Positions 27,910 to 35,943 of a stretch of DNA of 49,616 nt are shown here, in pieces. The notes under the pieces were generated by a model. The model saw only the letters and a program-made list of their open reading frames with translations. It was not told the DNA's origin and did not search any database. Each line of letters begins with the position of its first letter. The first letter of the stretch is position 1. This DNA is from an archaeon (lineage in GTDB: Archaea; Nanobdellota; Nanobdellia; SCGC-AAA011-G17; VGLX01). A program made the translations under genes and the position numbers. The stretch covers positions 1 to 49,616 of the forward strand of contig JAZDEN010000032.1 in assembly GCA_043808805.1 (NCBI GenBank), written 5' to 3'.

Positions 27910-28296
27910 ATGGCAGACGAAAACAAAAAGAAAGACACAATTGAAGATGTTTTAAAAGATTTGAAGAGTCCAGGAACTCTTAAAGAAGACTCTGAAAAAT
28001 TCATCAAAAGATTAAGCACTTTTAACGCCGGACCATCCGCCTATGCAGTAGGCAGTGCTCATGCTGAAGCCAAGATAGCTTTAGACGGTTCAGACAGCAC
28101 TGATGACATAGAAGAAGCACTGAAAAACTACAACCAAACAGTTGCCTTCCAAGGCGGTATGGTAGCACAGTTGATGAACCCTAAATACAAGGATTTAATC
28201 GACAGCCTATCTGTTGAACAAAGATACGGATTCATGGCAGGAACTAGCGCTACATACGCAGGCGTAATAACTGGACAAAAACGTAAAAGGAGATAA
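27910..28296 (+). CDS. hypothetical protein (128 aa)
   Basis: Has its own BRE/TATA (27844-27859) and an AGGAGG RBS. The C-terminus is basic (KRKRR), and an oligo-T terminator follows. Confidence 0.55.
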   Translation: MADENKKKDTIEDVLKDLKSPGTLKEDSEKFIKRLSTFNAGPSAYAVGSAHAEAKIALDGSDSTDDIEEALKNYNQTVAFQGGMVAQLMNPKYKDLIDSLSVEQRYGFMAGTSATYAGVITGQKRKRR

Positions 28297-28300
28297 ACTC

Positions 28301-28318
28301 CTCTTTTTTCATTTTTTT
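28301..28318 (+). terminator. oligo-T archaeal terminator (shared by convergent genes)
   Basis: 'CTCTTTTTTCATTTTTTT' lies immediately after the stop at 28296. Confidence 0.45.
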
Positions 28319-28322
28319 AAAT

Positions 28323-29162
28323 TTAAAATTTCTGAGAAAAAATCCTTTTCTCGATGAACTTTCTCATCTCATTCACAAAAGCAACAGTCCTCTCCCTGTA
28401 AACATCATATTCCCTGCCCTCAACATCCTTAACCTGCCTGTGAACAATCTGCTTAAAAACAAGGTAGTTATCCCTCATGATCTTAGAATACTTACCCTTC
28501 AACAGGCCACGCCTAACCATCTTCTCATCAAGCATGTCAGCAATATGATCAGGAGACGGGGGAATCTCACCCAGACACATCAAAGCAGCGTGAGCAGCAT
28601 CAACAGAGGCCCAATACAAGTCAACCATAGCAGACAGGATGTGATCCCTCGACCTGCCGACAGAGGCAGGAGCCATGGTGAAATAGTTGTAGATGGACTC
28701 CTTAGTAGGCCTGATCCTCCCGTTATCAAGCAAGGACTGCAACGGGTCAAAAATGCCTGTGTCAATCAGAGCCATACCATAACGCAAGATATTAATCGCA
28801 ACTGGGTCACCAGCACGCACATACTCCCAGAACGAACTCAAACGCATGGACTGGATGTGCAAACGCTCACCGTCCTTCATATCAGAGAGAACCTTCTCAA
28901 CAATAATCCTGTAAGTCTGGACCAGGTCACGAGTAAGATTAATGCTGACATCATCAATGACTATCAGCACGTCAATGTCAGCCTCCTTCGCAAGCTTCTC
29001 CTTCTTCGCAACAGAACCGAAAAGAACAAGTGACTTTATAAAGGGACCAAACTCCTTGTAAACCCTACCTGCAAAATCCCGAGCAATATCAAACTCTTCT
29101 TTGGGATAATGAATATCAATGTTCCTCTTTCTTTTCTCAATCCTGAACTCCATCAGTATCAA
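28323..29162 (-). CDS. nucleotidyltransferase-domain protein with helical (HEPN/KNTase-C-like) C-terminal domain
   Basis: 'LVLFGSVAKKEKLAKEADIDVLIVIDD' is the GS..DxD signature. It begins 9 nt after the stop of the upstream gene. Confidence 0.7.
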   Translation of the reverse strand: MILMEFRIEKRKRNIDIHYPKEEFDIARDFAGRVYKEFGPFIKSLVLFGSVAKKEKLAKEADIDVLIVIDDVSINLTRDLVQTYRIIVEKVLSDMKDGERLHIQSMRLSSFWEYVRAGDPVAINILRYGMALIDTGIFDPLQSLLDNGRIRPTKESIYNYFTMAPASVGRSRDHILSAMVDLYWASVDAAHAALMCLGEIPPSPDHIADMLDEKMVRRGLLKGKYSKIMRDNYLVFKQIVHRQVKDVEGREYDVYRERTVAFVNEMRKFIEKRIFSQKF

Positions 29163-29171
29163 CCCCTTTTT

Positions 29172-31019
29172 TCATTCCAAACCAATCCCAGACCAGAAAG
29201 GACCTGTCTTCTCAACACCCCTGTACTCGTCAGACGGAGCATACTTGCCTACGATATACTGGGGAGACCTAGTCCTCCCAAAATACGAATCCTCAATATC
29301 AGACCACTTAAAGCTGCGATAGACAGGAGAGCTGGCAAGAGAGCCCCAAGCACCTGTCATAGCGGTGTAAAGCTGGTCCTGCGCCTGAGCACCGGGCTCA
29401 GCAATCATAGGACCAATATCAGCATCCTTAATCTTCTTTATGAAATCCTTAATAGGAGCACTACCCATACCAGGAGTTAGATGCTCATCGTAATAACCAA
29501 AGTTATCCGAAATGTGAACGTGACCTATAATACCCTCCTTAGCAAGCTTCTCAGCCTCCTTAGTAACCCACTTGTTGAAACGCTTATCATAGTCATTCCT
29601 CGACTCACCCTCATCACGCTTGAAATACTTCTTCCAGGTATTCGCGTGACCAACATCAAAAGTAGCCTTGATATGGTCTTCAGAAACCCTCCTCGCCTCA
29701 GACTCTGCCATACCACGCTCCTTAACAAGACGGTCTGTCATCTCCTTCCTTGAATTAACAATAAGCTCCCTCAATTCCCTCGGATGACTGCCATACTGGC
29801 CAGACTCAGGAAGAAGATTCTCAGGAGCCACAAAAAGAGGCTTCTTCAGCTTCATCTCATCTTCGACATCATAAGCGTAAATACCCACACGAGCAAGATT
29901 CTTAGCAGACTCCTTCTTACCATACTCCTCAAGCGGGACAATCTCACCAATCTGCTGCTCGGCCATAGCCCTCTGCTGACCATAACTAACAGCAGAATCC
30001 TCCAACTGTTTGAGATGCAACTCACGAGATTTAACTGCTTTGTTAAGATATGAAATAGGATCATCCAAAAACTTCATGTACTGCTCACTATTCGGTGGGG
30101 GGGCACCGCCTTGTATCTCCTTAACAGCCTGAATAGCCTGAAACTTTGCCAACGGAGGATTCTCCTTTAACACATCGGTTATCCTCCCTCTAATCTCCTT
30201 AAGATAACCAAGCTTCTCCTTGTCCTCATTATAACTATGAGACCATCTCCTCTCCTCAGAACTAAGCCTGGTAAGCTGCTCCGCGAGAATCTTCTGCTTG
30301 TAAAACTCCTTAGCAGCAGTCTGAGAATCCTTAATCCCCTCTTCTTTCTGAAACTGACCAAAATCAACCATCTTGAACTTATACTGCTCATTCTCATATA
30401 TGGGCTCGCCCTTATGCTCACCCTCCTTATAAGTCTGCAATATAGGAATCTTCGTATCCTTTGTCAAACCAGCCTCAATCCTACCGGTACGACTGTTAAC
30501 AAGATAAACAGGGGCCTTCTCCCTCTCACCAGGATACATCTCAAACTCCTTGTACTTCTCAGAAACCTCCCTCGGGAACTCATCGCTGTGAAAAACAACA
30601 GGACCACCACCAGCAACATCAGCAGCAAAATCAATAGTACGCTCCATCTCATGGATAGAACGCTCAGCAGCCTCAGGAGTAAATGCATTACTTCTCGCAT
30701 CCAAACCCGACAAGCCAGAAAAACCAAGAGATGCGTGAGTAGAAACAACAACCTCATTTATCTTCGAAAGCTGCCTCATAGCCTCCCTCTTATCCTTACC
30801 AAACATCTCAGGAGTAGTCTGATTACCACCAAGGGAACCTTTAGCCGTACCAGTAAAACCAAGCTCAACAGCATGAGCACCAGCACGGATTCCTGCCTGC
30901 AAATTATCAAGAACATCAGCCATACCAAGATAAGAAACACCAATGTCCTTTGCACTAATATCGAGATTATCAGCTGACTGCCTGTCCAGAGAATGCCAGT
31001 AATCAGAGGTAAATGCCAT
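29172..31019 (-). CDS. xylose-isomerase-like / Endo IV-like TIM-barrel protein interrupted by a ~290-aa charged insertion
   Basis: The N-terminal part has 'AHAVELGF', 'STHASLGF' and 'VVFHSDEF'. The C-terminal part has 'FDVGHAN' and 'GHVHISDNFGYYDEHLTPGMGSAPI'. A long Lys/Glu-rich segment with no motif lies between them. Confidence 0.6.
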   Translation of the reverse strand: MAFTSDYWHSLDRQSADNLDISAKDIGVSYLGMADVLDNLQAGIRAGAHAVELGFTGTAKGSLGGNQTTPEMFGKDKREAMRQLSKINEVVVSTHASLGFSGLSGLDARSNAFTPEAAERSIHEMERTIDFAADVAGGGPVVFHSDEFPREVSEKYKEFEMYPGEREKAPVYLVNSRTGRIEAGLTKDTKIPILQTYKEGEHKGEPIYENEQYKFKMVDFGQFQKEEGIKDSQTAAKEFYKQKILAEQLTRLSSEERRWSHSYNEDKEKLGYLKEIRGRITDVLKENPPLAKFQAIQAVKEIQGGAPPPNSEQYMKFLDDPISYLNKAVKSRELHLKQLEDSAVSYGQQRAMAEQQIGEIVPLEEYGKKESAKNLARVGIYAYDVEDEMKLKKPLFVAPENLLPESGQYGSHPRELRELIVNSRKEMTDRLVKERGMAESEARRVSEDHIKATFDVGHANTWKKYFKRDEGESRNDYDKRFNKWVTKEAEKLAKEGIIGHVHISDNFGYYDEHLTPGMGSAPIKDFIKKIKDADIGPMIAEPGAQAQDQLYTAMTGAWGSLASSPVYRSFKWSDIEDSYFGRTRSPQYIVGKYAPSDEYRGVEKTGPFWSGIGLE

Positions 31020-31057
31020 GTTAAAAAATATATTTCAGAGTTTTATTAACTTTTCCA

Positions 31058-32488
31058 TTACCAACTCAACATACTATGAGTCTTCTTGTAAACATCATAA
31101 AGCGTGTAAACATGCTCAGCAACAACCTTAGCAGCGATATCCTCCTGCTCACGCTCATAATAAGACAACTTCTTCTTATTCCCTGAATCCCACTTAAGAC
31201 CGCCAAACAAATCACCAAAACCCTTTATAACAGATGTGAAAGGGCTTATAACATCCTTCATGTAAAAAGTACCTGAAGACTTCTTATCTTCAGCATCCTT
31301 GACAATCTCACCAGCCTCAATAAGATAATTCTTCAACTCATCACCCAGAGAATCAAGAGAAGAGTCAAGAGACCTCAACAACTCCAGGTCCTCAAGCTCC
31401 TTACCCTTCTTGTAACCCTCAAGCTCTTCAGGAGTCAGAACAAAACCCTGAATGGTTATCTCAGTACGGCCCGCGTGAACAGCAGCCCTCTGAAATTCCT
31501 TCTGGAAAGCCATCTCAGGAAGCGTAACAAACCTAAACAAGACACGAATACAGGGAATCTTCTCAGTGAACTCACGCTCAACCATACCCCTATCAGTCAG
31601 CAACTCATAAGTCTTCTTGTAAGCCATCAACTCAAGCTGAATAAGACTGGTCTCAAAGGCAGAAACCATCTCAGGAGCGTTGCTCTGCTGCAACTCCAAC
31701 CTCTGGATGTTCCTCAAAAAAGGCTTAACCCACTTTATGTACATCCTCATAGACTGATAATGCTGGTTCAAGGCCTTCAACCTGAAATTCTTACCCCACT
31801 TCAACTCCTGGTAGGTCTTCTCCTTCCAGATGTAATACTCAGTAAGCTTATGCTTCAAAACACTACGAACACGAGAGTTGATACCCTCATCCTTCAACGA
31901 ATTAACAGCCCTATCAACACCAGCGCTGCCGTTGATAGGGTTAATCTTGAAAAAAAGATCGGGAATAATCACAAAACCGAGCTTACGAGACAAACCAAAA
32001 ATAGATGTTGCATTCTCAGCACCCCCCTCAACAACAGTAGTCCAGATATTCTTCAAAGCAATCTCAGCAGCCTCATCACCCTTAAGGCTCTTCACATAAT
32101 ACTCTAACCTCTCATCCATAATCCTAAGCTCACGAACCATCTGAAAAACACTCTTAGTCATACTACCAATAGTGGCCAGATACTGGGAGACACGCTCCTG
32201 CTGACGCTGCTTCCTCTCCTCAGCAGCACCAAAAAAAGTAGACATCTCAGTCGCAGAAAAAACATCAGAGGTCTTCTCAACCACATAACCAAGACCGTTC
32301 TCATGCTGCAGGAAATTAACAATCCAGAAATATGAAGGCTCAGCAGACGAGCCCATCTGCTCAACAATAAGCTTCTGCTGCTTACTGGGCTTTATATCGG
32401 AACCCAAAACCCTAGGCTTCTTAGGAGCCTCCTCACCAGGCCCCAATACACTGCCCAAAGCATTCTTGAATAATTTACTCTTAGCCAT
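31058..32488 (-). CDS. hypothetical protein (476 aa), apparently mostly helical
   Basis: The start is taken at ATG 32488 (MAKSKLFKNALG..), preceded by AGAGGT and a TATA-like 'AAAGATTTATAAAT'. No family recognised. Confidence 0.55.
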   Translation of the reverse strand: MAKSKLFKNALGSVLGPGEEAPKKPRVLGSDIKPSKQQKLIVEQMGSSAEPSYFWIVNFLQHENGLGYVVEKTSDVFSATEMSTFFGAAEERKQRQQERVSQYLATIGSMTKSVFQMVRELRIMDERLEYYVKSLKGDEAAEIALKNIWTTVVEGGAENATSIFGLSRKLGFVIIPDLFFKINPINGSAGVDRAVNSLKDEGINSRVRSVLKHKLTEYYIWKEKTYQELKWGKNFRLKALNQHYQSMRMYIKWVKPFLRNIQRLELQQSNAPEMVSAFETSLIQLELMAYKKTYELLTDRGMVEREFTEKIPCIRVLFRFVTLPEMAFQKEFQRAAVHAGRTEITIQGFVLTPEELEGYKKGKELEDLELLRSLDSSLDSLGDELKNYLIEAGEIVKDAEDKKSSGTFYMKDVISPFTSVIKGFGDLFGGLKWDSGNKKKLSYYEREQEDIAAKVVAEHVYTLYDVYKKTHSMLSW

Positions 32489-32579
32489 GTTACCTCTTTT
32501 TATTAGGTAGATGAATCGATAATTTATAAATCTTTTCACACAGAAAAACTTATTAACCATATAAGGCACTCAACAGAAT

Positions 32580-33080
32580 ATGTTTCCCGGGAAAGAGACG
32601 AGATTAAAAATATTCGCAAACAGGGTGATCCAAGAAGGTCCTTTTGACATAAACCTCATATATAAGAACCTCAAAGAGTGGTTTGACAGCCACAAATACG
32701 GGTACCACGAGCTTGAGAACACAACAAGCTTCAAGCCGAAAGGGGCTGAGATAAAGCTCAAGATGAGGGGAGAAAAAGAGGTAACCGAATACTACAAATT
32801 CTCAATAACCGTAGCATTCCTCATACTCGAGACAGAAAAAATAAAGATAGACGGAAAGGTCCTTGACAACGGAAAGCTTGAGGCAAGAGTAGAGGTTTTT
32901 ATGGAAATGGACTACAAGAAAAAATTCGAAAAATCAAAATTCGCAAAATTCATAAGATTCGTCTACAACAACTACATAATAAAACAGCAGATCTCCTCAG
33001 AATATGGGGGAAAAGCATACGGGGACGGAATGAGCCTATTTGACACCATAAAAGACACAATAGGACTGTACACACAATAA
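32580..33080 (+). CDS. hypothetical protein, paralog A of a tandem triplet (166 aa)
   Basis: Shares 'FD...LY..L..WF....Y', '.I.L...G.K.V..YYKF.I.V.F' and 'KFIRFVYNNYI' blocks with the next two genes. Confidence 0.6.
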   Translation: MFPGKETRLKIFANRVIQEGPFDINLIYKNLKEWFDSHKYGYHELENTTSFKPKGAEIKLKMRGEKEVTEYYKFSITVAFLILETEKIKIDGKVLDNGKLEARVEVFMEMDYKKKFEKSKFAKFIRFVYNNYIIKQQISSEYGGKAYGDGMSLFDTIKDTIGLYTQ

Positions 33081-33093
33081 AAAAAGAGGATAG

Positions 33094-33597
33094 ATGGCAG
33101 ACACAGAAAAAATATGGGTGACACCTCCGATGCCCGGAGGGATAAAAGTAAGACACGTAGGTTACCTAGACCTTGGAGCATTCTACACATGGCTACAGAG
33201 ATGGTTCGACTTCAACGGTTACTTCGGGGGGGACTTCGAGAGATTCTACGAAGAACACATAGACCAGGGAGGAAAGAAAATAGAGATAAGATGGGCTGGA
33301 AAGAAAAAGAAAAACCCGTACTACACATACAACATAGAGGTCATATTCCTGCTGGTTGCAGTGAACAAGGTAGAGGTACAGATGGGAGAGAAGAAGATAA
33401 AGATAGAGAAGGGAGACTTCGAGATTAGAATTGGAGGGTATGTCGAAAAGGGAATGAAAGGAGCAGGATTCCTGAGGAACATATACGAGAACATAGTAGC
33501 AAAGAAAAACGTAGACCTCTACAAGAAAGAGTGTTACGACAAGGTTTACGGGCTGCAGGAAGACATAAAAAAATACTTCAACCAATACGTACAATAA
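33094..33597 (+). CDS. hypothetical protein, paralog B of a tandem triplet (167 aa)
   Basis: 'LDLGAFYTWLQRWFDFNGY', 'KIEIRWAGKKKKNPYYTYNIEVIF' and 'FLRNIYENIV' align with A and C. Confidence 0.6.
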   Translation: MADTEKIWVTPPMPGGIKVRHVGYLDLGAFYTWLQRWFDFNGYFGGDFERFYEEHIDQGGKKIEIRWAGKKKKNPYYTYNIEVIFLLVAVNKVEVQMGEKKIKIEKGDFEIRIGGYVEKGMKGAGFLRNIYENIVAKKNVDLYKKECYDKVYGLQEDIKKYFNQYVQ

Positions 33598-33634
33598 AAA
33601 GATTTAAATAAAAAAAAGACAAAGGAATAATCAA

Positions 33635-34126
33635 ATGCCAGAATTCGACTATGTGCTAGGACCCCTGAAGGTTTCACAAGAAGCAACCTTCGACATGAAA
33701 GAACTGTACAAACTGGGAAGGGCCTGGTACAGCAAGCACGGCTACGACTTCTACGAAAAAGAATACATATCCTCATTCAAGGAAGAGGGAAAGAACGCAT
33801 CCATAAAATGGGAAGGCGACAAGAAAGTTGACGACTACATCAAATTCCACGTGGACGTAAGAGTCAAATTCAAGAACCTAAGGGAAATACAGGGAAAGAA
33901 AAAGATCATGAACATAGGAGAGGCAAGCTTCAGCGTAGAGTCATACATAGAAAGGGACTACGAATCAAACTGGGATGTCGGATTCATGACCAAATTCATA
34001 AGAGGAGTGTATGACACATTCGTGATAAGGGGAAAAATAGACAAAGACAAACAAAGACTGGCGAGCGAAGCAAACGAGCTATACCATGAGATAAGGACAT
34101 TCCTGAAGGTACATCAACCCCGATAA
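33635..34126 (+). CDS. hypothetical protein, paralog C of a tandem triplet (163 aa)
   Basis: 'FDMKELYKLGRAWYSKHGY', 'ASIKWEGDKKVDDYIKFHVDVRVKF' and 'KFIRGVYDTFVI' align with A and B. Confidence 0.6.
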   Translation: MPEFDYVLGPLKVSQEATFDMKELYKLGRAWYSKHGYDFYEKEYISSFKEEGKNASIKWEGDKKVDDYIKFHVDVRVKFKNLREIQGKKKIMNIGEASFSVESYIERDYESNWDVGFMTKFIRGVYDTFVIRGKIDKDKQRLASEANELYHEIRTFLKVHQPR

Positions 34127-34171
34127 TTCTAAAACAAAAGGTATATAAAAACAAGGTTTCCCCGTAAGAAA

Positions 34172-35476
34172 ATGAAACAGGGCAGAATAACACCCTACAT
34201 AGCAGCAGGACTGATATTCCTAGGCAGCCAAGCATACGCCCAGACTGTAAAACAACAATTCTTCGACACAGTAATAGAATACGCACAGAAACAAGGGCTC
34301 AGACTAAATAAGCTCAATCCCCAAAATATAGAGATAAAAGACGAGGTGAAAAAGGACGGCGAGAAGGTATACGGCACATTCAACAAGATAACAAGAAAAA
34401 TAGAGATAATAAAGTCAAAACTTGAAAACATAGCAACGATAGGGATACATGAAGCAGCACACGAGAAGAAATACGACCCTACAAGGGAAACAGAGCTTTG
34501 GTTCGAAAAAATACCCTACAAAGTGGAAAAAACAGAAGAGGGTTATACAGCAACAGCAGACCCCAAAAGAGTTCAAGAAGGCAAGATAGCAAAAGGGCTG
34601 GAAAAAGTCATAATCAGGGAAGGATCCAGAACACCAATGCTGTATGATGACAAAGGAAAGTTCCTAGCATCATTCGAAATAATCAAGATAATAGGAGATG
34701 ACACAAAAACATTGAGAATAATGACAGCAGAACACCCCATAAACGGGGTGCAAGGGAAGTTCTACTACGAGAAAGAAAACAACGAATTATACTACATACC
34801 ATCCGACGTGATGGGATTCCAGAACGAGATAGTAGCAAGGCTATACGAACAGATATTCAGCGGGTACTACGTAGGAAAAGTGGAAAATCCCACAACCACC
34901 CAGGACAAAACCCAACTTGGAAAATCACTCACATACCTAACAACACTCTACACTCTGACACCCGAACAACAAAAGATGTCAAAAAACTCCGAAGAAGCGT
35001 ACAAGAGAATAAACGAAATGGCACTCATAGGGATAGTAGACAAGACAATAGAGGTAGGAGGGAAAGACTTCAAACAGATGATGGAAGACCTACAAGACAA
35101 CCAATTCGCAAAAAACATAGCACTGGCATCAGTCCTCATGCCCGAACACGACTTCAAAGCATTACTGGACATATACGACTCAACAAACAAGGAAGAGATA
35201 AACAAGCTCATGAGCCAATACAACAAAGAACTCCAAGAAACGAGAAAGATAGGGAACATATCTGAAGAACAGGTAATGCTTGAATACATAAAAAGATTCA
35301 ACCTCAACGAAAACGAAGCATGGTATGTAATGGCAAAAACAAGAGCGAGAAGCTTTGACGAAATATTCAGAAGCCAAGAAAAACTGAAACACATAGAAAA
35401 AATAAAACAGGCAAACCTCGAAAAGATGATGGAACAATTCAAGGGAAAAGAGGAAAGCATAACAAAAGGTTTATAA
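34172..35476 (+). CDS. secreted hypothetical protein with an HExxH motif
   Basis: Signal peptide 'ITPYIAAGLIFLGSQAYA'. 'IGIHEAAHEKKY' is an HExxH motif near residue 93. The rest is not recognised. Confidence 0.55.
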   Translation: MKQGRITPYIAAGLIFLGSQAYAQTVKQQFFDTVIEYAQKQGLRLNKLNPQNIEIKDEVKKDGEKVYGTFNKITRKIEIIKSKLENIATIGIHEAAHEKKYDPTRETELWFEKIPYKVEKTEEGYTATADPKRVQEGKIAKGLEKVIIREGSRTPMLYDDKGKFLASFEIIKIIGDDTKTLRIMTAEHPINGVQGKFYYEKENNELYYIPSDVMGFQNEIVARLYEQIFSGYYVGKVENPTTTQDKTQLGKSLTYLTTLYTLTPEQQKMSKNSEEAYKRINEMALIGIVDKTIEVGGKDFKQMMEDLQDNQFAKNIALASVLMPEHDFKALLDIYDSTNKEEINKLMSQYNKELQETRKIGNISEEQVMLEYIKRFNLNENEAWYVMAKTRARSFDEIFRSQEKLKHIEKIKQANLEKMMEQFKGKEESITKGL

Positions 35477-35499
35477 TAAAAAAACAACACAAAAAAATA

Positions 35500-35943
35500 A
35501 TGAAACTAAAAAGGCTCATAACCTCAGCCATAATCGTAATAATAATTGACCAACTGACAAAAATACTTCTAACAAAAAAACAATACAACATCTTCGGCAT
35601 CAACCTGATAAACTACACAGAAAACACAGGAGCCGCATTCAGCATACTTGAAGGCTACAGATGGCTCTTCATAACAGTATCATCCATAGCTATCATAATA
35701 CTCCTTTACTATGCAACAACGCTGGGACAAGAAGAAAAAAAACTGGAAATCCCACTGGGAATACTGATAGGAGGGATGGCAGGCAACCTAATAGACAGAA
35801 TACTTCTCGGTTACGTAAGAGACTTCATAGACCTACAGATATGGGCCATCTTCAACCTAGCAGACACAGCAGTATTCATGGCAATAATAATACTATGCGT
35901 TTATCTGATAAGAAAAAGCTTCAGGAAGACTACTTATCACTGA
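35500..35943 (+). CDS. lspA: lipoprotein signal peptidase (signal peptidase II)
   Basis: 'NTGAAFS', 'GGMAGNLIDR', 'VRDFID' and 'IFNLADTAV' are present, with 4 TM segments. Confidence 0.8.
   Translation: MKLKRLITSAIIVIIIDQLTKILLTKKQYNIFGINLINYTENTGAAFSILEGYRWLFITVSSIAIIILLYYATTLGQEEKKLEIPLGILIGGMAGNLIDRILLGYVRDFIDLQIWAIFNLADTAVFMAIIILCVYLIRKSFRKTTYH

Noticed and set aside
30237-30977. 246-aa plus-strand ORF inside the TIM-barrel gene. Other plus-strand ORFs, 31475..32107 and 28440..29033, lie inside minus-strand genes.
   Set aside because: The sequences are Leu/Ser/Arg/Thr-rich and non-protein-like, with no RBS. The opposite frame carries recognisable enzyme motifs.
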